NCBI GenBank assembly: GCA_048128005.1
Contig: JBEUKZ010000131.1
Location: 1-64,000 of the forward strand
Length of the DNA stretch: 64,000 bases
Direction: 5' to 3'
Origin: Veleropilina oligotropha
Lineage: Eukaryota
Shown here: positions 1 through 10,362 of the stretch, one piece after another
Layout: each line of letters opens with the position of its first letter
Position numbering within the stretch: position 1 is the first letter of the stretch
The notes under the pieces: generated by a model
The model's database searches: none
The model's input: the letters and a program-made list of their open reading frames with translations, nothing else
What the model was told of the DNA's origin: nothing
Position numbers and translations under genes: made by a program

Positions 1-267
1 TATAAATAGCGTACATGTGCGAATGGAGCGCTTGAGTGTTGAAAACTTGTGATGATAACGATTTATTGGTGAACATTTCAACCAGGATGCACAATATACA
101 AAGCAGGTAAAGAGATGCAACTTAACAAGTTATGAATAAATATTGTAATTAGTATAATATATATGAATAGACCTTTTAGCCAGATAAATCGAGGTCGGCA
201 AAACGTACGCTTGCAGGTCGGCAACGAGGTCGGCATTGCCGAATGCCGACCTTAATTCCGAGGGCTG

Positions 268-1409
<1,142 letters not shown>

Positions 1410-2071
1410 AAATCAACTAATATTCGTGAATACTTAATTTCGCGAATATTAACTATGTGAACAATTCGCGTAACTTTAATTTCGCGTATCCTAGTAAGAG
1501 AAGTTGTATTTTTCAACATACATTTTACCAGTAGAAAACCCAACTTATCTGAGTCAGGCTCTAGCTTACATTTGTACTAGTATCGCCTGCACCAATTAAC
1601 ACCTATAACCCGAAACAATAGGTGCGGGCAACTCGAGGAGTCCCCATTCAATTGCACACATCATCATCATATTGATGCTACTCGAGTCTCGTAATATATT
1701 CATATGCCGATTCGAGGCGTTGTGTCCAAATGTTAACATTTAAATGCTTTCACTTTGCGAAGCAAAACATTACGATTTTGGGCAGCTTCAGCAGCTTCGA
1801 CATGGTTGAGGCTGATGGCGTGTAGATCGTCTACGTTGAGCGCGGTAAGTGTGGCGCAAAGCACTACTTCGTCGGAAAGGTTCTGTTGCACACATGAATA
1901 GGATTACCGCCTACGACAACACATCGCCAAATCAATTAACGACAGAAACAAGCAACTCAACAAACTAGTAGATGCTCTATCTATATCAAATATACTTACG
2001 TCCTTACTAATGCCATAATAAGCCTATTATCGCTAAATCCGGACAAGGTGGAAATGGCAATATCTATATCA

Positions 2072-2277
2072 AATATACTTACGTCCTTACTAATGCCATA
2101 ATAAGCCTATTATCGCTAAATCTGGACAAGGTGGAAATGGTAATTTCGCACTTTTTAGTAAATTGAACCCAGCTGACCCAGTGACCTGCTCGACCTCCTC
2201 CAGTTCATGTCTATTAAGAGCTCGCCAACTCCCGCGAGATCCTCGTGACCCAAGGGTCAAGACCTCATCAGAAGTTT
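2072..2277 (+). repeat. A1 left ITR
   Basis: Reverse complement of 9208-9413. Confidence 0.95.
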
Positions 2278-3070
2278 TCCGCTCGATCACACAAGTCGTG
2301 TTTCACTTTGCTCCACATTTGTTTGTGAAAATCGATCTTTTTCTAGCCTGATCTAAAGATCTATTAAGCTCATAAGATTGTTTATAGTGTTAGATTACAC
2401 GTTAGTGGAAAATCTGAGAGTTTCCTCCTGTAGAAGCCTTCTTAGAAGTTTTTTCCTGTGAAAACAAAAGAAAAAACGAAATCGACATCCTCCACTGACG
2501 ACGCCATCTTGGACTTCTGATCAGAAAGAAAAGAGGACGCTCAGAGGGATCTTTAAAGAAGGAAGCTCCCTAGCAATTACTACGGAGTCAGGGAGAGTTG
2601 ATTATTGATATTGCTTGAATTTGCATTGCATTTCATTTATATATACGATAATTCCTCAACGACTTTTTTCTTGCTATAAATTTATGTAATCAAATTTATC
2701 GTCGTTGAACAGCAGATTATTTAGAATTTAACTAGCATTATTTTGGTAAATCTGCTAAATCGGGGATAGCACGCTGAATTCTAACAAATTGATATATATA
2801 CATCCAAGAGGTTTTTAGGTGTAAAAGGGCGGTTTCTTGAAAAGAAGACCTCCCGTTTCTCAATTCGTTGACCGACTGGTTTTTAAAAAGTAAAAATATA
2901 AAGTCGGTGTTTTTGGGCGTATAATCCGCCGGAAGTTATAAGCGTATTTCAGCCTTTTCCAACTCTCGGATCAGGTACAATCGAGGTTGTAGTAGTAATT
3001 TGGTAAACTACCCGGGAAATATCCTTATCACTTCAAAAACCCTATCTCCTACCTACCCGTGTGTGTAGCT

Positions 3071-5280
3071 ATGAAGCATTGCAGTGTTTCCGAGTGCAGA
3101 CAGAAAATCCGTGGTTTTGACAAGCACTCCGAATGCACTTTTCACCGTGTGTGTTCTAGCGATAAGGACCATCCATGTGGGCATTGCGTAACACTGACGA
3201 GTCGGCAGTGGGAGACTCTTTTCCCTTCGGAGAAGACAACCAGGGTATCTTCTTCCGAGGGGGCATCCACCGAGAAGCTCCAGAGGCTAGAGACAGGTTT
3301 TAACCCTTCACTTTCTCTTTCAGACCCTCTCGACGGTAGCCGTGGTGGGCTCGACGACACCTCCGAGACTTTGGGGAAAGTCCCGGAATCGTCGGGATCT
3401 CAGATTCAGGTAAGGGCCCGAGTGCCGACCGATACCTCTCCTTTGGGCCTAGTAACCGCTGCTCAAAGTATCTTGCCGGCCAGTGAGATACATCGAGCGC
3501 CGCGGCGAAAAGCTGTACAGGGCAGACAAAACCTTTCCTCTCCTCCGGCCTCGGAGGAGCAAGGCAGCGTTAGTCCTTCTGTGAGTCAAGTAACCTCTGA
3601 AAAGAGGCGAAGGAGACTAGCAGAGAAAGTCGATACAGTTGCTGGGCACCACGAAAGTGGTCGAAGTTCCAGACGCTCGACGCAACCCGTCCTCTCGTCC
3701 GACAATGGCGCTAGCTTAAAGGCTAATCCCGCCACCGTCGGAGCCCACGAGAGTGATGGAAGGCCAACCTCCTCTGACGATTCTTTTCAAGACGTCCCGG
3801 GTGGTGTGGTAGGACCGGCTGCGTTCGGGGCTGAGGCCTACGGCGGGTATACCCCCGTGCCTCACCCGAGCAGGGTTACAGACCCGTATGGACTGTGGTC
3901 GCAGTCTTACGGGTCGTTCGCACCGTTTAACGCGCCTCCGGGCCGTTTCCCTGGTAGCGGTTTCCCGACAGGTAACCCGAGTCCCTGGTACTCGGCTCAA
4001 CCTGTCCGTGCAGCCCGTCAACCATGCGCTACGGTAACCTCGAGCGGACCAATGGCTGTTGGTCCGACGTCCGTCATGCCTCCGGGTTTCTCTATGGAGA
4101 ACGTCCAGGCTATGATTGCGATGGAAGTCGAGGCACGTTGTAGGTCCTGGCAACCGGCTACCCAGCCGCCCCAGGTCCCAACGTCTCTGACCGTAACGCC
4201 GGGCTCGGCTCATGCTTCGGTAATGGAAGTCGATCCTCGTCCCGACGAGGACAGTGCTTCTACTCACTCTGACCTCCCTGAATCGGTCGGACCAGACGAC
4301 TCTTGTAGTCAGTCTGGCACGCATGAGACCATCTCCGCCACCCGCAGAAGATACGACGCTGTCGCGGGGTGCTAGACTTGCCAGACCCAGCTCTGCCGGT
4401 AGGCTTCGTCAGGCACAGGACAGCGGCACGTCGGTTTGATGGGCCGGAAGCCCCCCTGCTTCCTACCCTACCCCAGTCTGGGTTGGTCTCGCTCGTCCTC
4501 GACTCGGCGACCAAATCCATTCAGGGACCCAAATCGGTGGAGACTTCCTCGTTAACGGAATACCCTAGTGGTCTACGTAAAGGAAAGTACCTCCGACCCA
4601 GTAGGCGTCCGATTTCGATCGGATGCTCTGGGGCGTGTCTGGAGACTGAGCCGATTCAGATCGATGCAGCGATGCGTCGACTGTCGGCCAGCACAGCTCC
4701 CTCAGTGGTCAAAGTTCCATGGGTCGCCATGGAGGGCTTTAAGAGCTCCGCCCGTCGAGCTCTACGGCATGCCTCTATCCAGGATTTTTTCCTAGACGGA
4801 GCCATTACCGTACTACAGGAGAACGGACCCCGCGCTCGTGAGATCGCACTGTCCTTTCTCGAAGAGGTTGCCGCCTCCACGGAGAACTCCGCGTCGGAGT
4901 CAGCCCGATCCTTAGGCAACGCTGTCCTACTTCGTAGAGACGCTTGCCTAGACGGCACCACGTTAGACGACGCCACCCGGCAGTCTCTACGTTGTGTACC
5001 GTTGTCGGCCTCTACTCTCTTCGGAGACAAATTCCCCGAATTTGTCGAGAAGCGAGCGGCTGACCTCAAGGATCGCGCGATCGAGAAGGCAGTCTTGGCT
5101 ACTCCTCGGAGTACGCCGGCTGCTACCTCTAGGAAGCGCTCGAGACCGTCCCGGTCTCATACGCCTTCCAAGCGTGCTAGACCTTCGCCGGGTCGGCCTT
5201 CTCAGGCCAAGAAACCTGTTGCGAAGCCAGCACCTCCGACGAAATCCCGTCAGAGCGGGAGAGGGAAGCCGCGGCCCTAG
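3071..5280 (+). pseudogene. gag: A1 gag-like ORF1, frameshifted
   Basis: ATG 3071; N-terminal Cys/His finger (C..C..DKHSEC..H..C...C..C); LLRRDA motif. A 10-bp deletion near 4366 relative to A2 splits it into the 3059-4375 and 4369-5280 ORFs. Confidence 0.85.
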
Positions 5281-7354
5281 GGTTGCCGGCGCTCGCGACG
5301 AGCTCAGTTGCACGCTTCCGCCGGTGGGAGCGTGTCTGTTAGAGTACAGCCTGTCCTGGCTAGAAATGACAGAGGACAACTGGGTTCACTCAGTCGTGAG
5401 TGCCGGATACAAGTTGGCATTCGACCGGCATCCAACCCTAGACGCGACACCACCACCAGGACGCGCTCGTCTCCTGATAGGAGAAAAACAAGCCGTCCTA
5501 GACCAGGCAGTGCGGGATTTACTCTCAAAGAGAGCGATCTATCCCGCGCCGCCCAGCACACCAGGATATTACAGCCACTTTTTCCTGGTCCCGAAACCCG
5601 ATGGCCGTTGGCGACCGATCCTCGATCTGTCGTTCCTCAACCAGTATCTTCGTACCGAGAAGTTCAAGCAAGAAACACTCTCGAAGATACGAACGGCCAT
5701 CCGTCCGGGCGACTGGGCAGCGTCTATCGACTTAACCGATGCGTACCTACACGTTCCGATGCACGTCTCGGCTCACCGGTACCTACGGTTTGTTCACGGG
5801 GGAACGGTCTACCAATTCAGGTGTCTACCGTTCGGTCTATCGTCAGCCCCGTACGTCTTCACGCGGGTAGTACAGGCTCTCGGGGCCTTCCTACACTCGC
5901 AAGGGCACAGAGTACACATGTACCTCGACGACTGGTTGATTTTCGGGGCGTCCCGGGATCAGTGCCTCCAGTCTATGAGCGTTACCCTGTCATCGGCGAA
6001 GCGCCTGGGATTACAGATCAACAACGACAAATCCTGCTTCGTGCCCTCGACGACGTTTATATTTCTAGGGGTCGAATTCGACACGGTCCGGTACACCGCG
6101 AAACCGACTCAGAAACGTATAGAGAACCTACGCGCAGTTATACTGGAAACAAAGTCTTCACGGATAACTACAGCGCGACGACTGGCCACTGTCCTAGGGC
6201 ACATCGAGTCGGTAGCTCCCCTGTTACCGACGGGTCGCATGGACAAACGACCGTTGCAGCAGGCCTTCAAGGACCGCTGGATACAACGTACGGGACAGTG
6301 GACGGATCGCATCGATCTTCGGCATTGGTTCAATCGCACGACAGCAGTGTGGTTGACCACTACCCTGCCGAGCCAGTCGGTTCCAATATCCCCCCCAGAA
6401 CCGAACGCCTACCTCTTCACGGACGCGTCAAACGAGGGCTGGGGAGGTCACCTCGACAGTCACGAGACATCGGGCCTCTGGCCTACGGACCTTCAGGGAC
6501 GACACATCAACTTCCTAGAGTTAGAAGCCGTCTACCTGTCAGTACAGTCCCTCTCGTCACATCTCCGAAACAAGCACATAATGCTAGCAACGGACAACAC
6601 GACTGTCGTCGCTTACATCCAGCACCAGGGCGGCACTCGCTCCCGTCCGCTTTGCGACCGAGCGATCGACCTACACCGCCTAGTGATGTCACTCAACTCG
6701 TCAATTCGAGCCCGACACATCCCGGGGAAGCTGAATGTCAGAGCGGATACGCACTCTCGGAAAACACAGATTATACACACAGAGTGGACGCTACACGCCC
6801 GTGTAGCCCGAGATGTCTGTCGCCTGTGGTCGACGCCTCAAGTCGATCTATTTGCAACCGAATACAATCACCGACTCCCTCTCTATGTGTCTCCTTACCC
6901 GGACCCGGCCGCTATTGCGGTCGACGCTCTGTCAATGAGATGGGAGAATCTGATCGCCTACGCCTTCCCACCGTCGTGCATGTTGGCACAAGTACTACGG
7001 AAAGCGACCCGCGAAGACTGCGAGTTGACGCTAATAGCACCTCTACAACGCACGCAGTCCTGGTTTCCGACACTTCTGGATCTACTCATCGATCAGCCAC
7101 GAGCGCTACCGCAGATGACAGACCTGTTATCGCAACCGCGCAGTCGGGTTCTACACCCGTCGGCGAACGAGTTTCACTTTCACGCCTGGCGACTATCGAG
7201 AGATCGCTCATTAAGAAAGGCATTTCTAGAGCGACAGCCCAGCGCATTTACCGATCTAGAAGACAATCTACAACAAGGGTATATGACTACCGATGGAAAA
7301 AGTTTGTGGATTGGTGTCGCGGGCGGCAAGTCAATATATTCCGCCCCCCTGTGA
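4994..7354 (+). CDS. pol: A1 pol: reverse transcriptase + RNase H + N6-adenine methyltransferase-like domain, uninterrupted
   Basis: RPILDL, IDLTDAYLH, LPFGL, YLDD (RT); FTDAS, HINFLELEA, TDNTT (RNase H); VDLFAT and YAFPP (MTase-like). True start unknown. Confidence 0.95.
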   Translation: MYRCRPLLSSETNSPNLSRSERLTSRIARSRRQSWLLLGVRRLLPLGSARDRPGLIRLPSVLDLRRVGLLRPRNLLRSQHLRRNPVRAGEGSRGPRVAGARDELSCTLPPVGACLLEYSLSWLEMTEDNWVHSVVSAGYKLAFDRHPTLDATPPPGRARLLIGEKQAVLDQAVRDLLSKRAIYPAPPSTPGYYSHFFLVPKPDGRWRPILDLSFLNQYLRTEKFKQETLSKIRTAIRPGDWAASIDLTDAYLHVPMHVSAHRYLRFVHGGTVYQFRCLPFGLSSAPYVFTRVVQALGAFLHSQGHRVHMYLDDWLIFGASRDQCLQSMSVTLSSAKRLGLQINNDKSCFVPSTTFIFLGVEFDTVRYTAKPTQKRIENLRAVILETKSSRITTARRLATVLGHIESVAPLLPTGRMDKRPLQQAFKDRWIQRTGQWTDRIDLRHWFNRTTAVWLTTTLPSQSVPISPPEPNAYLFTDASNEGWGGHLDSHETSGLWPTDLQGRHINFLELEAVYLSVQSLSSHLRNKHIMLATDNTTVVAYIQHQGGTRSRPLCDRAIDLHRLVMSLNSSIRARHIPGKLNVRADTHSRKTQIIHTEWTLHARVARDVCRLWSTPQVDLFATEYNHRLPLYVSPYPDPAAIAVDALSMRWENLIAYAFPPSCMLAQVLRKATREDCELTLIAPLQRTQSWFPTLLDLLIDQPRALPQMTDLLSQPRSRVLHPSANEFHFHAWRLSRDRSLRKAFLERQPSAFTDLEDNLQQGYMTTDGKSLWIGVAGGKSIYSAPL

Positions 7355-8301
7355 CAAAATTTATCGAGTTCTTATCGTCGTTGCTAGAACGGGGAATGTC
7401 AATTTCCGCAGTCAAAGGCTACCGTTCATGCGTAGCAACAACGTTACGGCAATGCCGCGAGCACACCCGCTTGTCTACCGACAAAACTATATCGGACTTC
7501 ATACACTCCTATCAACTCGAATGGCCCATTCAGCGGGTGCGACCGCCCGCTTGGAATGTTTTGTTAGTTCTCAATGCTTTACTTAGAGGCCCGTACGAGC
7601 CTATGAGTGATTGTTCCCTCAAAAATCTCACTTATAAGACCGTATTTCTTACCGCTCTCGCCACCGGTAACAGGGCCTCGGAGATACATGCTTTATCCGG
7701 AGAGCTTCGAGACATACACTTCCACACCAATGGGTCGGTGACGCTGCATACAGTCCTTGGCTTCCTAGCGAAGACACAACGACCTGAAGATATCTGTCCC
7801 GAGGTTTGTATCCGTAACCTCTCCATGCTGGATAGAAATGATATCGACCGCCTGAACTGCCCGGTTCGCGCGCTGAGATTCTACCTGGATAGGACCCGAG
7901 ACCTACGGCACGGTAAAAAGCGTTTATTCGTTAGCCATATGCCTCAATTCCACCTCGACATTCGCAAATCGACTGTTTCACGTTGGATAGTCTCTGTTGT
8001 AAAAGAGATTTACTCTCGGTCCAATGAGCCTGAACGAGATCTCGTTTCAATTCACGCGCACGAGACCCGCGCAGTTGCCACTTCTCTAGCCTTCAAATAT
8101 AATTTGAATATCAATGAAATCTTAAAGGCTTGTTACTGGAAGAATGCAAATACCTTTGTTCGCTTTTACCTGCATGATTATGCGACCACGGCTGGGGTGA
8201 ACATCAGATTTCCTTTGTGGCGGCAGGACAACAATGTATCACGGGATCTGGGTCATCCCGACAGTGATTGGTTTAAGGAATTTTACCAGGCACTGAGGTA
8301 A
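5281..8301 (+). CDS. A1 tyrosine recombinase ORF with a long N-terminal part overlapping pol
   Basis: GNRASE (catalytic R), HETR (H-x-x-R), YW and FY (catalytic Y). A 1-bp deletion near 8194 relative to A2 alters only the tail. First ATG at 6940. Confidence 0.9.
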   Translation, partial: GCRRSRRAQLHASAGGSVSVRVQPVLARNDRGQLGSLSRECRIQVGIRPASNPRRDTTTRTRSSPDRRKTSRPRPGSAGFTLKESDLSRAAQHTRILQPLFPGPETRWPLATDPRSVVPQPVSSYREVQARNTLEDTNGHPSGRLGSVYRLNRCVPTRSDARLGSPVPTVCSRGNGLPIQVSTVRSIVSPVRLHAGSTGSRGLPTLARAQSTHVPRRLVDFRGVPGSVPPVYERYPVIGEAPGITDQQRQILLRALDDVYISRGRIRHGPVHRETDSETYREPTRSYTGNKVFTDNYSATTGHCPRAHRVGSSPVTDGSHGQTTVAAGLQGPLDTTYGTVDGSHRSSALVQSHDSSVVDHYPAEPVGSNIPPRTERLPLHGRVKRGLGRSPRQSRDIGPLAYGPSGTTHQLPRVRSRLPVSTVPLVTSPKQAHNASNGQHDCRRLHPAPGRHSLPSALRPSDRPTPPSDVTQLVNSSPTHPGEAECQSGYALSENTDYTHRVDATRPCSPRCLSPVVDASSRSICNRIQSPTPSLCVSLPGPGRYCGRRSVNEMGESDRLRLPTVVHVGTSTTESDPRRLRVDANSTSTTHAVLVSDTSGSTHRSATSATADDRPVIATAQSGSTPVGERVSLSRLATIERSLIKKGISRATAQRIYRSRRQSTTRVYDYRWKKFVDWCRGRQVNIFRPPVTKFIEFLSSLLERGMSISAVKGYRSCVATTLRQCREHTRLSTDKTISDFIHSYQLEWPIQRVRPPAWNVLLVLNALLRGPYEPMSDCSLKNLTYKTVFLTALATGNRASEIHALSGELRDIHFHTNGSVTLHTVLGFLAKTQRPEDICPEVCIRNLSMLDRNDIDRLNCPVRALRFYLDRTRDLRHGKKRLFVSHMPQFHLDIRKSTVSRWIVSVVKEIYSRSNEPERDLVSIHAHETRAVATSLAFKYNLNINEILKACYWKNANTFVRFYLHDYATTAGVNIRFPLWRQDNNVSRDLGHPDSDWFKEFYQALR

Positions 8302-9053
8302 TATAATGTAATTCTATTTGTGTACATTGAAATCACCATTAGAATTTACTCCAATGTTATTTCTTTCTTAAACTGATTAAGAAATTGAAATTATTTATTC
8401 ATACTGAGTTAATATGAAGCAATGCCCACATTGGATGTAAACATTTATATTATTAAATCTTAAAAATGTTTTTTGTCAATAATATTATTTTTAAAATGTT
8501 CTCCTTGCTGTCGCAGAACATTTCAATGTGCGTACATTGGAAAATTTTAATATTATTCTATACTTAAAATTATTTAAGTAACATGTATCATGTTGACATT
8601 TTGCAAGTTGGACATGCAAAAATTTATTATTCAAGATGAAGTTATTGAAATTTTCTTCAATCTATTGATAATTGTCACGGTTTTATAACACTATCTACCT
8701 GCCTAGGTTCGGGTGCTTCTAAAAACCACGTCTTGCAGTTTTCTGTCTGCCGACCTTTGAGTCCGGAATATTCAGTCCACTGTCTTTGCTCATGACACGA
8801 GTGCCTCAAGGTATACCTTCCGCCGGTGTCCGGAGCTACATGCACTTTCGTGTTACCTGTCCGACTAACATCCCTGGCGTGTTTTCCCAGATTTCTTGGT
8901 CGAAATCTCACCTCGGGGTAAGGGTAGATTTGATGCTCAGTAACATCCACTCTGAACGGACTCGATCTCAACGCTAAAGCGTCGTCTTCTGGTAACAAGT
9001 AAGTTTTAATTTTTGTGTATGGAACTTATAACTCCGCCAACCAAAGTTATTCT

Positions 9054-9143
9054 TGGCATTAGTAAGGACGTAAGTATATTTGATATAGATATGAGGATTA
9101 AGAGTAATCCCTTGTATCTATAATAATATACTTACGTCCTTAC
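9054..9143. repeat. A1 internal complementary region (ICR)
   Basis: Reverse complement of the left end + AT (9091-92) + reverse complement of the right end. Confidence 0.95.
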
Positions 9144-9207
9144 CCACTTGGCCCACCCTGCTTCGCACCTCCCCTCTTATATAAGTTCTTTGTCTTGGGG
9201 TTTGCAG

Positions 9208-9413
9208 AAACTTCGGATGAGGTCTTGACCCTTGGGTCACGAGGATCTCGCGGGAGTTGGCGAGCTCTTAATAGACATGAACTGGAGGAGGTCGAGCAGG
9301 TCACTGGGTCAGCTGGGTTCAATTTACTAAAAAGTGCGAAATTACCATTTCCACCTTGTCCGGATTTAGCGATAATAGGCTTATTATGGCATTAGTAAGG
9401 ACGTAAGTATATT
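9208..9413 (-). repeat. A1 right ITR
   Basis: Inverted copy of 2072-2277. Confidence 0.95.
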
Positions 9414-10362
9414 ATTATAGATACAAGGGATTACTCTTAATCCTCATTTCACACTTTTTAATAAATTTAACCCAGTTGACCTGCTCTACCTCCCCCAGTT
9501 CATGCCTATAAAGAGCTCGCCAACTCCCGCGAGATCCCCGTGACCAAAAGGTCATGACCTCATCCGAAGTTTTCCGTCGTCTTGAGACAAGTCGCGTTTT
9601 TCTTTGCTCCATCCTCTGATGTAAAATCGATCTTTTTAGAGCCAGATTTTTATAATCATTAAGCTCATAAGATCGAGTGTAGTGTGTTAAACACGTGTAG
9701 TGGGAAATTTGAGAGTTTTCCTCCTGAATAAGCCCTTCTTGGAAGTTTTTCCTGTCGACTACAGACAAAAAACGAAATCAACATCCTCCATTGACGACGC
9801 CATCTTGAAATTCTGAAAGAGAAAGTAAAGAGGACGCTCAGAGGGATATTTAAAGAAGGAAGCTCCTTAGCAATTACTAAGGAGTCAGGAGCGAGTTGAT
9901 TATTGATATTGCTTGAATTTGCATTGCATTTCATTTATATATGTGATAATTTCCTCAACGACGTTTTCTTGCTATAAATTTATGTAATCAAATTTATCGT
10001 CGTTGAAAAGCAGATTGTTTAGCATTTAACTTGCGTTATTTTGGTAAATCTGCTAGGTCGGGGATAACACGCCGAATTCTAACAAATTGAATATATACAT
10101 CCAAGAGGTTTTTAGGTGTGAAGGGCGGTTTCTTGTAAAGAAAGACCTCCCGTTTCTCAATTCGTTGGCCGACTTGTGTTAAAAAGTTTATCAAAGTCGG
10201 TTTTTTGGGCGTATAATCCGCCGGAGGTATTAAGCGTATTTCAGCCTTTTCTAACTCTCGGATCAGGTACAATCGAGGTTGTAGTAGTATTTTGGCAAAC
10301 TACCCGTAGAAATACCCTTATCACTTCATACTCCTATCTCCTACCTACCCGTGTACGTAGCT

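Larger units (their letters stand above)
2060..9447 (+). mobile_element. DIRS1-type retrotransposon copy A1 (nested in the left ITR of A2)
   Basis: 206-bp ITRs 2072-2277 and 9208-9413 (2 mismatches seen); ICR 9054-9143; right extension to 9445; AT at both ends; gag, RT-RH-MT and YR ORFs. Confidence 0.96.

Noticed and set aside
1..112. Possible TATA box and first exon ending AAAGCAG|gtaaag
   Set aside because: The ATG at ~86 is out of phase with the 19080 exon, and there is no other support; it could only be a UTR exon.
1978..2143. Apparent 83-bp tandem duplication or LTR-like direct repeat
   Set aside because: Explained by A1 inserting into the left ITR of A2.
3716..5561. Antisense ORFs within DIRS coding regions
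   Set aside because: GC-rich shadow ORFs with no recognisable motifs and inconsistent boundaries between families.
8859..8902. GACTA/TGGTC resembling group I intron P7
   Set aside because: No room or motifs for P3/P8/J8-7; it reads as a simple extended hairpin.
9212..9250. Hammerhead-like GATGAGGTC hairpin in the ITR
   Set aside because: Lacks the CUGANGA and GAAA core.
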